From Clostridium sp. (GTDB lineage: Bacteria; Bacillota; Clostridia; Clostridiales; Clostridiaceae): a stretch of 64,000 nt of DNA. Positions 48,939 to 60,461 of the stretch are shown in pieces. Where the stretch lies: the NCBI GenBank assembly GCA_028692255.1, contig JAQUXS010000001.1:38229-102228 (forward strand), given 5' to 3'. Position numbers and translations under genes: made by a program. The notes under the pieces are model-generated. The model did not search any database. It worked only from the letters and a program-made list of their open reading frames with translations, and was not told the DNA's origin. Every line of letters starts with the position of its first letter. Within the stretch, counting starts at the first letter, position 1.

Positions 48939-50282
48939 ATGCTAAAAAAGATATTAATTGCAAATAGAGGCGAAATAGCAGTTAGAATAATAAGAGCCTG
49001 TCAAGAAATGGGCATTTCAACAGTTGCAGTTTATTCAGAAATAGATAAAGATGCAATGCATGTTCAAATTGCAGATGAGGCTGTATGTATAGGACCAGCA
49101 AAATCACAGGATAGTTATCTTAACATGAAAAATATAATAAGTGCCACTGTTTTAACTGGAGCACAGGCAATTCATCCAGGATTTGGGTTTCTCTCTGAAA
49201 ACAGTAAATTCACAGAAATGTGTGAAGAATGCAATATAGTATATATTGGACCTGATGCTAATGCTATTGAAAATATGGGCAATAAGTCAAAGGCAAGAGA
49301 CATTATGACAAAGGCAGGTGTACCTGTTATACCTGGAAGTGATGGCGCAGTTAATGACATTAAGGATGCCTTTGAAAATGCAAAGAAAATTGGATTCCCT
49401 GTAATGATAAAAGCTTCTGCTGGAGGCGGTGGAAGAGGAATAAGAATAGTTAAAAAGGAAGAGGAATTTAAAAAGTCATTTGAAACTGCAAAAGCTGAAT
49501 CAAAAGCTGCTTTTGGTGACGATACTATGTATATAGAAAAATTTATTGAAGAACCAAGACATGTGGAATTCCAAGTACTTGGAGATAACTTTGGAAATGT
49601 CATTTACCTTGGAGAAAGAGATTGCTCTGTGCAAAGGAGAAATCAAAAAGTATTAGAAGAAGCACCATGTCCTATAATGACTGAAAGTCTTCGAAAGAGA
49701 ATGGGTGAAACTGCCGTTAGAGCTGCTAAGGCTGTAAACTATAAAAATGCAGGTACCATAGAATTCTTATTAGATAAACATGGTGATTTTTATTTTATGG
49801 AAATGAATACTCGTATACAAGTTGAACATCCAATTACAGAAATGGTAACAGGCATGGATCTTTTAAAAGAACAGATAAAAATTGCATCAGGGTGTAAACT
49901 TAGCGTTAAACAAGAGGATGTTAAAATACAAGGTCATGCAATTGAATGCCGTATAAATGCTGAAAATCCTGAGAAAGGTTTCAGACCTTCACCAGGTAAA
50001 ATAGAGACACTTAATGTTCCAGGTGGACTTGGAGTTAGAATTGACAGCGCAGTTTTCCAAGGATATGTTATCCCACCAACATATGATTCAATGATAGCAA
50101 AACTTATTTGTTATGGTAGAGACAGAGAAGAAGCTATAAATATAATGAAAAGGGCTCTTGGAGAATTTGTAATAGAGGGAATAGATACTAATATTGATTT
50201 CCAATATAAAATACTTCAAAATAAAAATTTTGAAAGTGGAAATTACAATACTAGCTTTATTGCCAAAGAATTTGGATTATAA
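48939..50282 (+). CDS. accC: Biotin carboxylase
   Basis: ANRGEIA, GGGGRG, QRRNQK, EMNTRIQVEH. Confidence 0.97.
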   Translation: MLKKILIANRGEIAVRIIRACQEMGISTVAVYSEIDKDAMHVQIADEAVCIGPAKSQDSYLNMKNIISATVLTGAQAIHPGFGFLSENSKFTEMCEECNIVYIGPDANAIENMGNKSKARDIMTKAGVPVIPGSDGAVNDIKDAFENAKKIGFPVMIKASAGGGGRGIRIVKKEEEFKKSFETAKAESKAAFGDDTMYIEKFIEEPRHVEFQVLGDNFGNVIYLGERDCSVQRRNQKVLEEAPCPIMTESLRKRMGETAVRAAKAVNYKNAGTIEFLLDKHGDFYFMEMNTRIQVEHPITEMVTGMDLLKEQIKIASGCKLSVKQEDVKIQGHAIECRINAENPEKGFRPSPGKIETLNVPGGLGVRIDSAVFQGYVIPPTYDSMIAKLICYGRDREEAINIMKRALGEFVIEGIDTNIDFQYKILQNKNFESGNYNTSFIAKEFGL

Positions 50283-50341
50283 ATATAATGATTTAAATTT
50301 CTCTTTAATGATTAACAAGTGTAAAGGTAAGGTGAATTTGT

Positions 50342-51193
50342 ATGGGACTTTTTAGAAAGAGAAAGTATATTACTGTTAGTAATATTAAAATAGATGATGA
50401 TGATGGAGAAAAGCAGCAGCCTGTAATACCAAATGGAATGTGGGTAAAATGTCCTAAATGTGGAACTATACTTTATAATAAGGATTTTGAAGAGAATTTA
50501 AAGGTATGTACAAATTGTGATGCGCATATAAGGCTTACTGCAAGAGAAAGAATACAAATTACTATTGATAAGGATACCTTTGTTGAATTTGATTCAGAAA
50601 TGTCCTCAAATAATCCACTAGATTTTGAAGGCTATGAAGATAAAATAAAGGCTGCTTCTAATAAGACGGATCTTAGAGAAGCGGTAATTACTGGCATGGG
50701 TAATATTAATGGCAATCTTACGGTGATAGCTGTTATGGATAGTAATTTTATGATGGCAAGTATGGGGTCAGTTGTAGGGGAAAAACTTACAAGAGCTATT
50801 GAAACCGCTACAGCTAAAAAACTGCCTATTGTTATATTTACAGCTTCAGGTGGAGCAAGAATGCAGGAAGGTATGTTTTCACTTATGCAAATGGCTAAAA
50901 CAAGCAGTGCACTTGCCAAACATGATGAAGCAGGACTTTTATATATAACTGTACTGACTGATCCAACTACTGGAGGTGTTACTGCAAGTTTTGCAATGCT
51001 TGGGGACATAATACTTAGTGAGCCTCATGCACTTATTGGATTTGCGGGTAAAAGAGTTATTCAACAGACATTAAACGAAAAGCTTCCAGATGGATTTCAA
51101 AGTGCTGAGTTTTTATTAGAACATGGATTTATTGATAAAATAGTTAGAAGATCCAAACTTAAAAATTTACTTGGAATTCTTTTATCAGAATAA
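50342..51193 (+). CDS. accD: Acetyl-CoA carboxylase carboxyltransferase beta
   Basis: WVKCPKC...[18 protein letters not shown]. Confidence 0.96.
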   Translation: MGLFRKRKYITVSNIKIDDDDGEKQQPVIPNGMWVKCPKCGTILYNKDFEENLKVCTNCDAHIRLTARERIQITIDKDTFVEFDSEMSSNNPLDFEGYEDKIKAASNKTDLREAVITGMGNINGNLTVIAVMDSNFMMASMGSVVGEKLTRAIETATAKKLPIVIFTASGGARMQEGMFSLMQMAKTSSALAKHDEAGLLYITVLTDPTTGGVTASFAMLGDIILSEPHALIGFAGKRVIQQTLNEKLPDGFQSAEFLLEHGFIDKIVRRSKLKNLLGILLSE

Positions 51194-51209
51194 ATGTGAG
51201 GTGATAGTG

Positions 51210-52028
51210 TTGGATACTAACGAAAATAAAAATTTATCTGCATGGCAAAGGTTATCGATTGCGAGAAGGATGGACAGACCAACAACGGAGGACTATATTG
51301 CCAATATATTTGATTTGTTTATAGAATTTCACGGAGATCGTAAGTTTTCCGATGATCCAAGTATAGTTGGTGGAATTGCAAAGCTTGAAGGAAAATGGGT
51401 AACTGTAATTGGAGTTCAAAAAGGAAGAGATACAAGAGAGAATATAGATAGAAATTTTGGAATGCCCAACCCAGAGGGATATAGAAAAGCATTTAGACTT
51501 ATGAAGCAGGCAGAAAAATTTAAAAGACCTATTATATGTTTTGTTGATACACCAGGTGCTTATTGCGGAATTGGTGCGGAGAAAAGAGGTCAGGGTGAAG
51601 CAATTGCGAGAAACATAATGGGGATGTCTAGACTAAAAACACCAATTATTTCTATAATAATTGGAGAAGGTGGAAGTGGTGGTGCACTTGCACTTGCTGT
51701 AGCAGATGACGTGTGTATGCTAGAGAACTCAATATATTCCGTGTTGTCGCCAGAGGGATTTGCAAGTATACTTTGGAGAGATGCTAAAAAAGCTGAGGAA
51801 GCTGCAGATGTAATGAAAATAACTTCACAAGACCTTTTAGATTATGGAATTATAGATAAAATTATAGATGAACCTAATGAGGGTGCACATACAGATGTTA
51901 AAATTATGTCAAAGAATATTAAGGATGCTATTATGTCTGAACTTCCAAAGCTTGAAGCTATGGATACACAGAGGCTGCTTGAAAATAGATATAATAAGTT
52001 TAGAAAGATAGGTAGTTTTGCAGAATAA
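51210..52028 (+). CDS. accA: Acetyl-CoA carboxylase carboxyltransferase alpha
   Basis: [29 protein letters not shown]; GAGGTG RBS. Confidence 0.95.
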   Translation: MDTNENKNLSAWQRLSIARRMDRPTTEDYIANIFDLFIEFHGDRKFSDDPSIVGGIAKLEGKWVTVIGVQKGRDTRENIDRNFGMPNPEGYRKAFRLMKQAEKFKRPIICFVDTPGAYCGIGAEKRGQGEAIARNIMGMSRLKTPIISIIIGEGGSGGALALAVADDVCMLENSIYSVLSPEGFASILWRDAKKAEEAADVMKITSQDLLDYGIIDKIIDEPNEGAHTDVKIMSKNIKDAIMSELPKLEAMDTQRLLENRYNKFRKIGSFAE

Positions 52029-52067
52029 AAATGAGTTAAATGTGAATTTCACATTTAACTCATTTTA
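52027..52067. terminator. Bidirectional terminator between accA and ldh
   Basis: AAAATGAGTTAAATGTGA..TCACATTTAACTCATTTT palindrome. Confidence 0.8.
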
Positions 52068-52068
52068 T

Positions 52069-53031
52069 TTACTTTCTTACTTTTAAATCCTCAAGTATTT
52101 TAATAAGATTATCAGCACTTGATTTTAAGTTAACTACTTCATCTTTATTTAAAGGTACTTGCAATCTTTTTTGTATACCATTGCTTCCTACTATACAAGG
52201 AAGACTTAGTGCAACGTTATCTATACCATATTCACCTGTAAGAGTTGTGGATACAGGTAAAACACTTAGTTCATTTAAAAGAACTGCCTTTACTATTCTA
52301 CATACACTCATAGCTATTCCGGAGCTGGTGTAGCCTTTTAATTTAAGTACGTCTATGCCAACCTCTCTAGTTTCTTTTATTATAGCTTCTTTATCAAGAG
52401 GAGAGTCGCTTCCTAAAAGTTTATCAAATTCATCTGCTGGAATTCCTGAGATATTTATAAGACTCCAAGCTGCAAAAGCACTATTTCCGTGTTCACCTAA
52501 AACGTAACCGTGAACATTTTTAGTGTCAACTAAATATTTTTTTGCAATGATTCTTCTAAGTCTTGCAGTATCAAGAAGGGTTCCTGAACCTATAATTTTT
52601 TCTTTTGGATAATCAAAATGATTTTGAGCTAAATATGCAACTATATCTACAGGATTTGTAACGACTATTATAACTGCATCTTTTGTATATTTTGTTATAG
52701 AAGCCATTACACTGTTCATAACTTTTACATTTTTATCTGCAAGTACTAGTCTATCAAGTTTTTCACCTGGTTTTATACTTGGACCTGCAGTCATAATTAT
52801 AATTTGAGCATCGCTGCAATCTTCATAATCCCCAGACCTTATTAAAACATTTGGGCTATATGTAAAAGCAGTTGTATGACTTGCATCTAAAGCTTGACCT
52901 TTTGCCTTGTCTTTATTTTGATCAATTATAACGATTTCGGCTGCAAGGCCTAAAGGTAAAAGAGAATCTACAACAGATGATCCAACCATACCAGCACCAA
53001 TGACAACTATTTTGTTTCTTATAGGTTTCAT
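52069..53031 (-). CDS. ldh: L-lactate/L-2-hydroxyacid dehydrogenase
   Basis: GAGMVG, NPVD, GTLLDTAR, GEHG. Confidence 0.9.
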   Translation of the reverse strand: MKPIRNKIVVIGAGMVGSSVVDSLLPLGLAAEIVIIDQNKDKAKGQALDASHTTAFTYSPNVLIRSGDYEDCSDAQIIIMTAGPSIKPGEKLDRLVLADKNVKVMNSVMASITKYTKDAVIIVVTNPVDIVAYLAQNHFDYPKEKIIGSGTLLDTARLRRIIAKKYLVDTKNVHGYVLGEHGNSAFAAWSLINISGIPADEFDKLLGSDSPLDKEAIIKETREVGIDVLKLKGYTSSGIAMSVCRIVKAVLLNELSVLPVSTTLTGEYGIDNVALSLPCIVGSNGIQKRLQVPLNKDEVVNLKSSADNLIKILEDLKVRK

Positions 53032-53234
53032 ATATTATCCTCCAGTTATTCTATAAATTATTTACAATAAAATTTTATCCTAGGGAGTTTTTAAAGTCAA
53101 GGGAGTATATTTAGTTTAAAAAATATGACAATTAGCAAATATTATTATATTTTTGATATAATAGACTTTGGATTAAGAATAAAAGATTTATACTTGACAA
53201 TAGTAATAATATATCAAATTGTGATGGTGATTAA

Positions 53235-55106
53235 ATGATTAAAATGTTTTTAGCAGAAAAGCCTTCAGTTGCCAGGAATATAGCACAGGCTTTGAAATGT
53301 GATAGAAAAATGAATGGATATATGGAAGGAAAAGACTATATTGTTACATGGGCCTTTGGACATCTTCTTACCCTTTATGATTCCAAAGATTACGATTCAA
53401 AAATGGCATTGTGGAGTTTTGAAAAATTTCCATATATTCCTGAAAAATTTAAATATAAAATAAAAAATGATAGTAAAAATAAAAATATACCAGATGCAGG
53501 TGCAAAAAAACAGCTTAGTATTATAGATAGTATTATTAAAAGGGAGGACATTGAAGAAATTATAATTGCAACGGATTATGATAGAGAGGGAGAACTTATA
53601 GCTCTTTTAATAATGAATTATCTTAATGTCACCAAACCTATAAAGAGGATATTGATAAATGAATGGACACCAAATGAAATATGCAAAGGACTTAAAAATT
53701 TAAAAACTAGTCAAGAGATGAAGTCGCTGCAGGATGCAGGGGTGAGTAGGCTTATAGCAGATTGGGTTATTGGAATAAACTTTACATCAGTAGCTACTAT
53801 GAAATATACAAGGGGAAGAGGCAACTTATTAAATATAGGAAGAGTTCTAATGCCAACCCTTAAAATGATATATGACAGGGAAATGCAGATTAAAAGCTTT
53901 AAACCTGAGGAATTCTTTGAACTTACTGCTACTTTTAAGAATGAAAAAGGTAAATATGAAGGGAAATTTTTTTATGGCAAAACAGAAAAATTTCAAAATA
54001 AAGATAGCGTAAAGAGACTTAAAGATGAAATTGAGGGTAAACCTGGATTTGTAAAAGAAAAAAGCGTTGTTATAAAAAAGGAAAATCCACCTGCTCTTTT
54101 TAATTTAAGTAATCTTCAAGGATATATAACAAGTAAATATAAAGGATATACTTCAGATAGAGTTTTAGAGATAGCACAGAGCCTATATGAAAAGAAACAT
54201 ATAACTTATCCTAGAACGGAGAGTACTGCTCTTGAAGAGAGCATTAAAGATAAAGCTAAGAATGTGTTAGAAGCGTTAATAAAAGAGATACCTTTTAAGG
54301 ATGAGATAAAATTTAATGAATCTAAAAAAGTTTTTAATAACTCAAAAGTTGAAAGCCATAGTGCGATAATTCCTACTTATATTTTGCCAAGAGCTCTTTC
54401 AAAAGATGAAAGAGTTGTATATGATGCAATAAAAAACAGATTCTTATCACAGTTTATGCTTCCTTCAAAATATGAGAATACTGAAATAACAACTTGCGTT
54501 ATGGGAGAAAATTATGAAAGGCTTTTCATGACAAAAGGTAGAATACTTAAAGAAAAAGGATGGCTAAAGCTTTATGAAAGCAATAGAAAAGATGAACTTT
54601 TACCACCTATAGAAAAAGGTGACAATGTTGAGGTAGAAGACCTGAAAATTTCACATAAAAAGAGTAAACCTCCTGCACACCATACAGAAAAAACTATATT
54701 GAAAGCTATGGAAACTTGCGGGAAATCTAATAGCAAAGATGAAAACAAGGAAGATGATACAGATATTTTATATGGATATTCCATTGGAACTGCAGCAACA
54801 AGAGCAGAAACAATAAATAAGCTAAAATATGCTGGATATATAAGCTTAAAAGGAAAATCACTGCTAATAACTGAAAAAGGAACAAAATTAATAGAAACTT
54901 TTCCAGTTAAAGAACTTTTGGATACAGATTATACTGGAAGGCTTGAAAAAAAATTATTTGATATTGAAAAGGGTAAGTTTAAAAAAGAACAATTTTTAAA
55001 ATATATATTTCAATTTACAATAAGAGGTGTAAATATGATAAAGAGGTATAGAGCTAATGTAATATGTGATACAAGAGAAACTAAAAAGGAAGCATTGACA
55101 AAATAA
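53235..55106 (+). CDS. topB: Type IA DNA topoisomerase III-like
   Basis: AEKPS, ATDYDREGE, catalytic ITYPRT, GTAATRA; no C-terminal Zn ribbons. Confidence 0.85.
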   Translation: MIKMFLAEKPSVARNIAQALKCDRKMNGYMEGKDYIVTWAFGHLLTLYDSKDYDSKMALWSFEKFPYIPEKFKYKIKNDSKNKNIPDAGAKKQLSIIDSIIKREDIEEIIIATDYDREGELIALLIMNYLNVTKPIKRILINEWTPNEICKGLKNLKTSQEMKSLQDAGVSRLIADWVIGINFTSVATMKYTRGRGNLLNIGRVLMPTLKMIYDREMQIKSFKPEEFFELTATFKNEKGKYEGKFFYGKTEKFQNKDSVKRLKDEIEGKPGFVKEKSVVIKKENPPALFNLSNLQGYITSKYKGYTSDRVLEIAQSLYEKKHITYPRTESTALEESIKDKAKNVLEALIKEIPFKDEIKFNESKKVFNNSKVESHSAIIPTYILPRALSKDERVVYDAIKNRFLSQFMLPSKYENTEITTCVMGENYERLFMTKGRILKEKGWLKLYESNRKDELLPPIEKGDNVEVEDLKISHKKSKPPAHHTEKTILKAMETCGKSNSKDENKEDDTDILYGYSIGTAATRAETINKLKYAGYISLKGKSLLITEKGTKLIETFPVKELLDTDYTGRLEKKLFDIEKGKFKKEQFLKYIFQFTIRGVNMIKRYRANVICDTRETKKEALTK

Positions 55107-55163
55107 TACTGTCAGTGTACTATTAACCAATAACACATTAATGTTTTAATGGGGGGCTTTAGT

Positions 55164-56909
55164 ATGACTCAGTATAGAGTTTTTTTAGTTTCTAATTTTT
55201 TAACTGTGGTAATATATTTTATTGGAATAATACTTATTGCTTATTCACTGTATGCAAGTTATACGTATATGTTTGGTTTTATTCCGTTAATAATTGTTGC
55301 GATACTTCTTTATTTCATTACTAAAAAACTTAATTTCTATATAATGCATAAAGATTTTGTAAGAAATTTTGGTAAAAAAGAATTGCGTAAAAGGGATTTT
55401 AAAAGCATAAGACAGTTATTTGATTACATGAGCAAAGAAGATTGTGAGAAGTTTTATGTAGATGATCAAACTTGGAATGATCTTACTATGGATGAGATAT
55501 ACACTATATTGGATAGAACAATAACTTCTCCAGGAGAGCAAATGCTTTATAAAATGTTAAGGACACCTCTTTTTAATGAGGAAGATTTAATACAAAGGAA
55601 TAAAATTATAAATAATCTTCAAAGTAATAGATCAAATAGGGATTATATAGGTATGTGTTTATTAAGATTAAATAGACTTAAACAAAACTATGTGTGTGAT
55701 TTTTTGTGGAATGATATAGAATATAATTCAAAGCTTAGATTTATATGTATAATACTTGCTATTATGCCTATAGCATCTATAGCATCTTCAATACTTTTAA
55801 GAAACATTGTTCTATTTTTTGTATTCTTTGCCTTAATCATTATAAATGTGATAGTTCATTTTAAAATAAAGAAAAAAATATATGCTTATGTTTCATGCAT
55901 GGGTTATGTAGATGATTTAATATCAGCAGCAGGAAGAATATCTAAATTAAAATCAGAAACATTTAGGGATTATACAAATGAATTGGCAAAATTGCATAAA
56001 ACAACTGAAGCTATTTCCAAAAGATCGAGAGGACTTGGAAGAACTGAAGGTGAAGATGCTACTGGTGTAATGGATATATTGAATATACTATTTTTAATAG
56101 AAGAAAATAAATTTTTTTCATCTATAGATTTAATAAAAAAGCATAAAGAAGACTTAAAAAATATTTATACAATAATAGGTGAAATAGATTCAATGCTTTC
56201 AATAGCAGCATTTAAAGAAGGAGAAGAGGAATTTGTAAATCCTGAATTTGTAAGTAATGGTGGTAGATGTATTGAGATTAAAGATATGGTTCATCCACTT
56301 ATAAAGGGTGCTGTAGCTAATTCTATTAATATAGATAATAGTGGGATTATTCTAACGGGCTCTAACATGTCAGGAAAGTCAACTTTCCTAAGGACAATTG
56401 GCGTTAATGTAATACTTGCACAGACTTTTTATATATGCAAAGCAAAGTATTACAAGGCTAATTTGTTTAAAATAATGACATCAATAAGTCCTGAAGATAA
56501 TATTATGGGAGGAAAAAGTTATTATTTTAGTGAAGCAGAGTCACTTTTAAGAATAATAAAGGAAGACAGCAGTAAAGTACCACTTTTGTGCATAATAGAT
56601 GAAATATTTAGAGGGACAAACCCTATTGAAAGGGTAAATGCTTCTGTAGAAATACTAGATTATCTTCAAAAACATAATGCAATTGCTGTGGTGGCAACAC
56701 ATGACTTGGAAATCACAGATATATTAAAGGATAATTATAAGCTGTTTTATTTTACAGAAGATGTAAATAAAGAGGGCATGGCATTTGATTACAAAATAAA
56801 AGAAGGCGTATGTAGAACAAGAAATGCTATTAAATTACTCAAATATTTAAACTATCCAGAGGAAATTGTTGAAAATACAAATAAGAGAATAGAGAAAATG
56901 AATTTTTGA
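55164..56909 (+). CDS. Membrane-anchored MutS domain V ATPase
   Basis: N-terminal and central TM helices, DDQTWNDL, TGSNMSGKST, IDEIFRGTN, ATHD. Confidence 0.88.
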   Translation: MTQYRVFLVSNFLTVVIYFIGIILIAYSLYASYTYMFGFIPLIIVAILLYFITKKLNFYIMHKDFVRNFGKKELRKRDFKSIRQLFDYMSKEDCEKFYVDDQTWNDLTMDEIYTILDRTITSPGEQMLYKMLRTPLFNEEDLIQRNKIINNLQSNRSNRDYIGMCLLRLNRLKQNYVCDFLWNDIEYNSKLRFICIILAIMPIASIASSILLRNIVLFFVFFALIIINVIVHFKIKKKIYAYVSCMGYVDDLISAAGRISKLKSETFRDYTNELAKLHKTTEAISKRSRGLGRTEGEDATGVMDILNILFLIEENKFFSSIDLIKKHKEDLKNIYTIIGEIDSMLSIAAFKEGEEEFVNPEFVSNGGRCIEIKDMVHPLIKGAVANSINIDNSGIILTGSNMSGKSTFLRTIGVNVILAQTFYICKAKYYKANLFKIMTSISPEDNIMGGKSYYFSEAESLLRIIKEDSSKVPLLCIIDEIFRGTNPIERVNASVEILDYLQKHNAIAVVATHDLEITDILKDNYKLFYFTEDVNKEGMAFDYKIKEGVCRTRNAIKLLKYLNYPEEIVENTNKRIEKMNF

Positions 56910-56914
56910 AGATA

Positions 56915-57002
56915 AGGCTGCTGCACTAAAAATAATAGTGCGGCAGTTTATTTTTATAGTTAGAAATTGTGAGATAATTAAAAAAATGTTAGTGTGACAG
57001 CC
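56915..57002. repeat. REP-like palindrome plus an extra half-copy
   Basis: GGCTGCTGCACTA...TAGTGCGGCAGTT (56915-56949) and ATGTTAGTGTGACAGCC (56986-57002). Confidence 0.6.
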
Positions 57003-57070
57003 ATTATTTGTTGTGCTATTATTAATTCATAATGAAGTAAAAAGTAGCATCATAAGGGAGATGATATTAT

Positions 57071-58651
57071 ATGTGCAAAGGATTAATTAAAATAGTTATT
57101 TTGGAGACTAGTGATGTGCATGGAAGTATTTTGCCAATAGATTATTCGAATAATGAGAAAACACAAAATGGAATGTCAATACTTTCTACAATAATAAAAA
57201 GAGAAAGAAAAAACAATGAAAATGTTATTTTAATTGATAATGGTGATGTACTTGAAGGTACACCTTTCACATATTACTATGCTAAATTTTCCAAAGGGAA
57301 ACAAAACCCAATTATAGATGTGCTTAATTACTTAAAATATGATGCTGTGGTTATTGGAAATCATGAATTTAATTATGGAATGGCACTACTTAAAACATCT
57401 ATGGAAACATCAAAATTCCCATGGCTTTCTGCTAATATATTGGACAAAAAAACAGCCAAGCCTGCTTTTGGTAAACCATATATTATTAAAAAATTAAGAG
57501 GAATTAAAATAGGAATATTAGGACTTACCACAAAATATATACCAAACTGGGAAAACCCAGACATAATAAAAGATTTAAACTTTGAGGATGCAGTAGTGGA
57601 GGCGCAAAAATGGGTAGATATTTTAAAGAATAAAGAAAAAGCTGATATTGTTATAGTATCTTATCATGGAGGATTTGAAAGAAATATTGACACGGGAAAG
57701 CAAGAGGAGGAACTTACAGGAGAAAATGAGGGATATGAAATTTGCAGCAAAGTAAAGGGAATTGATGTACTTCTTACAGGACATCAACATAGATACATTG
57801 AAAATAAAAGTATAAATGGAGTTACAGTTATTCAACCTGGAAGCAATGCAAAAGCTCTTGGAAAAGTTGAAATAGATTTAACAAATTGCAGTGGAGAAGT
57901 TAAGATAATAAATAAAAAATCAAAACTTATATATATAAAGAATGAAACTTCAGATATAAAAGTAGAACAAATAGTGGATGATATGGAGAAAGAAACACAA
58001 AAATGGCTTGATAAAAGTATTGGTAAAATTAAAGGTGATATGGAAATACATGATTGCTTGAAGACAAGAACTAAAGACAATGCAATGATTGAATTTGTAA
58101 ATAAGGTTCAAATGGAAAGTTCAGGAGCAAAGATTTCTAATACAGCTCTTTTTGATAATAATTCAAAGGGATTTAAAAATGAAGTTACAATGCGAGATGT
58201 AGTTTTAAACTATATATATCCCAATACTCTTAAAGTTATAAGAATTAAAGGTAGTGATATTAGAAAAGCACTTGAAAAATCTGCATCGTTTTTTGAAATG
58301 TATAACGGAAATAATATAAAAATAAATACTGAATTTACTGATCCAAAGCCTCAATATTATAATTATGACATGTGGGAGGGAATTGAATATGAAATAAACA
58401 TATCAAGACCTTTTGGAAAACGTATTACAAAGCTTAATTATAAAGGTAAACCTATAGAAAATGGTAAGAATTATGATGTGGTTATGAATAATTATAGAGC
58501 TGGAGGCGGCGGTAATTTTAGCATGTTTAAAAATAAGCCAATAGTAAAAGACATTCCAATTGATATGTCTGAACTTATAGCAGATTATATTATAAAAAGG
58601 GGAACTATAGAAGCTTCAGTTAATAACAACTGGAGAATTGTACATGATTAA
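57071..58651 (+). CDS. Cytoplasmic 2',3'-cyclic phosphodiesterase/5'-nucleotidase
   Basis: SDVHG, DNGD, GNHEF, YHGG, TGHQH, NNYRAGGGG; no signal peptide. Confidence 0.9.
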   Translation: MCKGLIKIVILETSDVHGSILPIDYSNNEKTQNGMSILSTIIKRERKNNENVILIDNGDVLEGTPFTYYYAKFSKGKQNPIIDVLNYLKYDAVVIGNHEFNYGMALLKTSMETSKFPWLSANILDKKTAKPAFGKPYIIKKLRGIKIGILGLTTKYIPNWENPDIIKDLNFEDAVVEAQKWVDILKNKEKADIVIVSYHGGFERNIDTGKQEEELTGENEGYEICSKVKGIDVLLTGHQHRYIENKSINGVTVIQPGSNAKALGKVEIDLTNCSGEVKIINKKSKLIYIKNETSDIKVEQIVDDMEKETQKWLDKSIGKIKGDMEIHDCLKTRTKDNAMIEFVNKVQMESSGAKISNTALFDNNSKGFKNEVTMRDVVLNYIYPNTLKVIRIKGSDIRKALEKSASFFEMYNGNNIKINTEFTDPKPQYYNYDMWEGIEYEINISRPFGKRITKLNYKGKPIENGKNYDVVMNNYRAGGGGNFSMFKNKPIVKDIPIDMSELIADYIIKRGTIEASVNNNWRIVHD

Positions 58652-58695
58652 TTTAACATCTACAGATTTGTTTAAGTAAATTTGCAGATGTTAAA
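58652..58695. terminator. Hairpin between convergent genes
   Basis: TTTAACATCTACAGATTT...AAATTTGCAGATGTTAAA. Confidence 0.65.
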
Positions 58696-58703
58696 TTGAA
58701 GAA

Positions 58704-59912
58704 TTACTTTTCAAATAAACTTTTAAAATCAATTAAACCACTGCCCTGCTGCCATTTAGGCAAATTAAGCATGTTGCAGGAAGCTTTTAACAGTGAAACA
58801 ATGTCTTTAGGTTTAAGAGTAGCATCCTTTTCTAATAGAAGAGCACATATCCCGCTAATATAAGCAGCACTGCAAGAAGTACCAGTATAAGTTGTATAGA
58901 TTTCTTTTAATTTGTGGGGGTAAAGTTTAGCACCATTTCTCTCGGAAATATAATTTGTATCACAATTAAGAGAACATAAATTTACACATGGAGCACATAG
59001 ATCAGGCTTTGAATGTTTGCTACATGGGCCGCATGAAGAATAATTATATGATTCAATAGAATGAGTGCTCGTATCTACGCCAGCTACAGTTATACAGTTG
59101 TCAAAAGTTGCAAACCCGCGTATTGAATTCTTAAAATTTTCATTGCTTCCACTGGATACTACAAGTGTAATATTTTTTTCATAAATCAAATTAAATAATT
59201 TATGAAATAGGGACAATATAAACTTGTCTTGAGAGTATATTTCAAAGGGCATACAAATGACTCTGATGTTAAATTCAATACTATTATCTAATAAATTGTG
59301 AACTGCAAAAAGTATGCTTGATATAAAAGCTTTACCAATACCATTAAAAGCTTTTATACAATAAAGGTTACTATTTTTACAAATACCCTTATACAAACCA
59401 TTGGAACTATATCCATTTCCAGCTATGAGTCCACACATAAATGTACCATGTCCATTGTCATCATAGGGATATTTAAATCCATTTATAAGGTCTACAAATT
59501 TAGCGATTCTAGTTGAAGGTCTTAATAAGTCATCATTGGGGAAAGCCCCAGTATCAATTATTCCTATGCATATTTTTTTAGGACAATAATTTACACTTAC
59601 GTTGGGTGGCTGAGGGGCTGTGTTTTTTTTACAAGATGTTTTTGAAGCACATATTTCAGCTATCTCGTCAAATGTTATAAAATTTATTTCTGGAAGTTCA
59701 GCAAGTCTTAATATAGTTCTAGCCGATATTACAGCACAAATGCAGTCTAATTCAGGAATTGTACATATAAAACAATTTTTCTGGATTTTTAGTTTCTTTT
59801 CTACACGGTTAAGTAGAGAATTACAGTGAATAAGTACACGATAAGTTTTAAAATCATCGTTGTCTAGAGCATATTTTAAAGCTGGATGAAGTTTTTTTTT
59901 AATAGAAAACAT
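58704..59912 (-). CDS. S8 subtilisin-like peptidase (AprX-like, no signal peptide)
   Basis: IIDTG, NGHGT, GTSCSA triad; KPDL; QGSG. Confidence 0.85.
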   Translation of the reverse strand: MFSIKKKLHPALKYALDNDDFKTYRVLIHCNSLLNRVEKKLKIQKNCFICTIPELDCICAVISARTILRLAELPEINFITFDEIAEICASKTSCKKNTAPQPPNVSVNYCPKKICIGIIDTGAFPNDDLLRPSTRIAKFVDLINGFKYPYDDNGHGTFMCGLIAGNGYSSNGLYKGICKNSNLYCIKAFNGIGKAFISSILFAVHNLLDNSIEFNIRVICMPFEIYSQDKFILSLFHKLFNLIYEKNITLVVSSGSNENFKNSIRGFATFDNCITVAGVDTSTHSIESYNYSSCGPCSKHSKPDLCAPCVNLCSLNCDTNYISERNGAKLYPHKLKEIYTTYTGTSCSAAYISGICALLLEKDATLKPKDIVSLLKASCNMLNLPKWQQGSGLIDFKSLFEK

Positions 59913-59969
59913 AATATATCCTTAAATAATAGCTTTCAATTGTTAGTATATTCATGAGTTCTTAATTTG

Positions 59970-60398
59970 CTAATTCCATTTAAATATAACAATGCCTATA
60001 AAAATCATGATTACTCCTATTATTTCATTTAAACCAAAATTGATTTTTGCAGCACCAAATAACCCAAAGGCATCAATAACAGCAGCAGATGTTAATTGAG
60101 ACAAAAGAATTAATGATATAGCATGAGTTGTACCAAGGGAGGATATACCTTTCATTACGGTGTATGTAATTATAACGGCGAGAATACCGCCAGATAAGAA
60201 TATAAAATTAACATTTTTTATATTCTTAAAATTGTTTTTATGATAAAAGATTAAAATTATAACGCTTAATATAAAAGCTGTACCTTGAACAAATACATTT
60301 GTTTCTACAGTGCCTATTTTATCACTTAATCGAGAATTAAAGACGCCTTGAACACTCATGCATAGGCCAGAAAGTACTGATAAAATTATTCCAAGCAT
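59970..60398 (-). CDS. DMT-family transporter (YdcZ-like)
   Basis: QGVFNSRL, SGG, QL...IDAFGLFG. Confidence 0.85.
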   Translation of the reverse strand: MLGIILSVLSGLCMSVQGVFNSRLSDKIGTVETNVFVQGTAFILSVIILIFYHKNNFKNIKNVNFIFLSGGILAVIITYTVMKGISSLGTTHAISLILLSQLTSAAVIDAFGLFGAAKINFGLNEIIGVIMIFIGIVIFKWN

Positions 60399-60461
60399 AA
60401 AAAATCACCATCCTCAATATAAGATAACCAGAATGGTGAAAAAGTATGTAATTATTGCAAA

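Noticed and set aside
42568-52028. Absence of acpP from the fab cluster
   Set aside because: acpP commonly lies elsewhere in clostridia, near plsX and rnc
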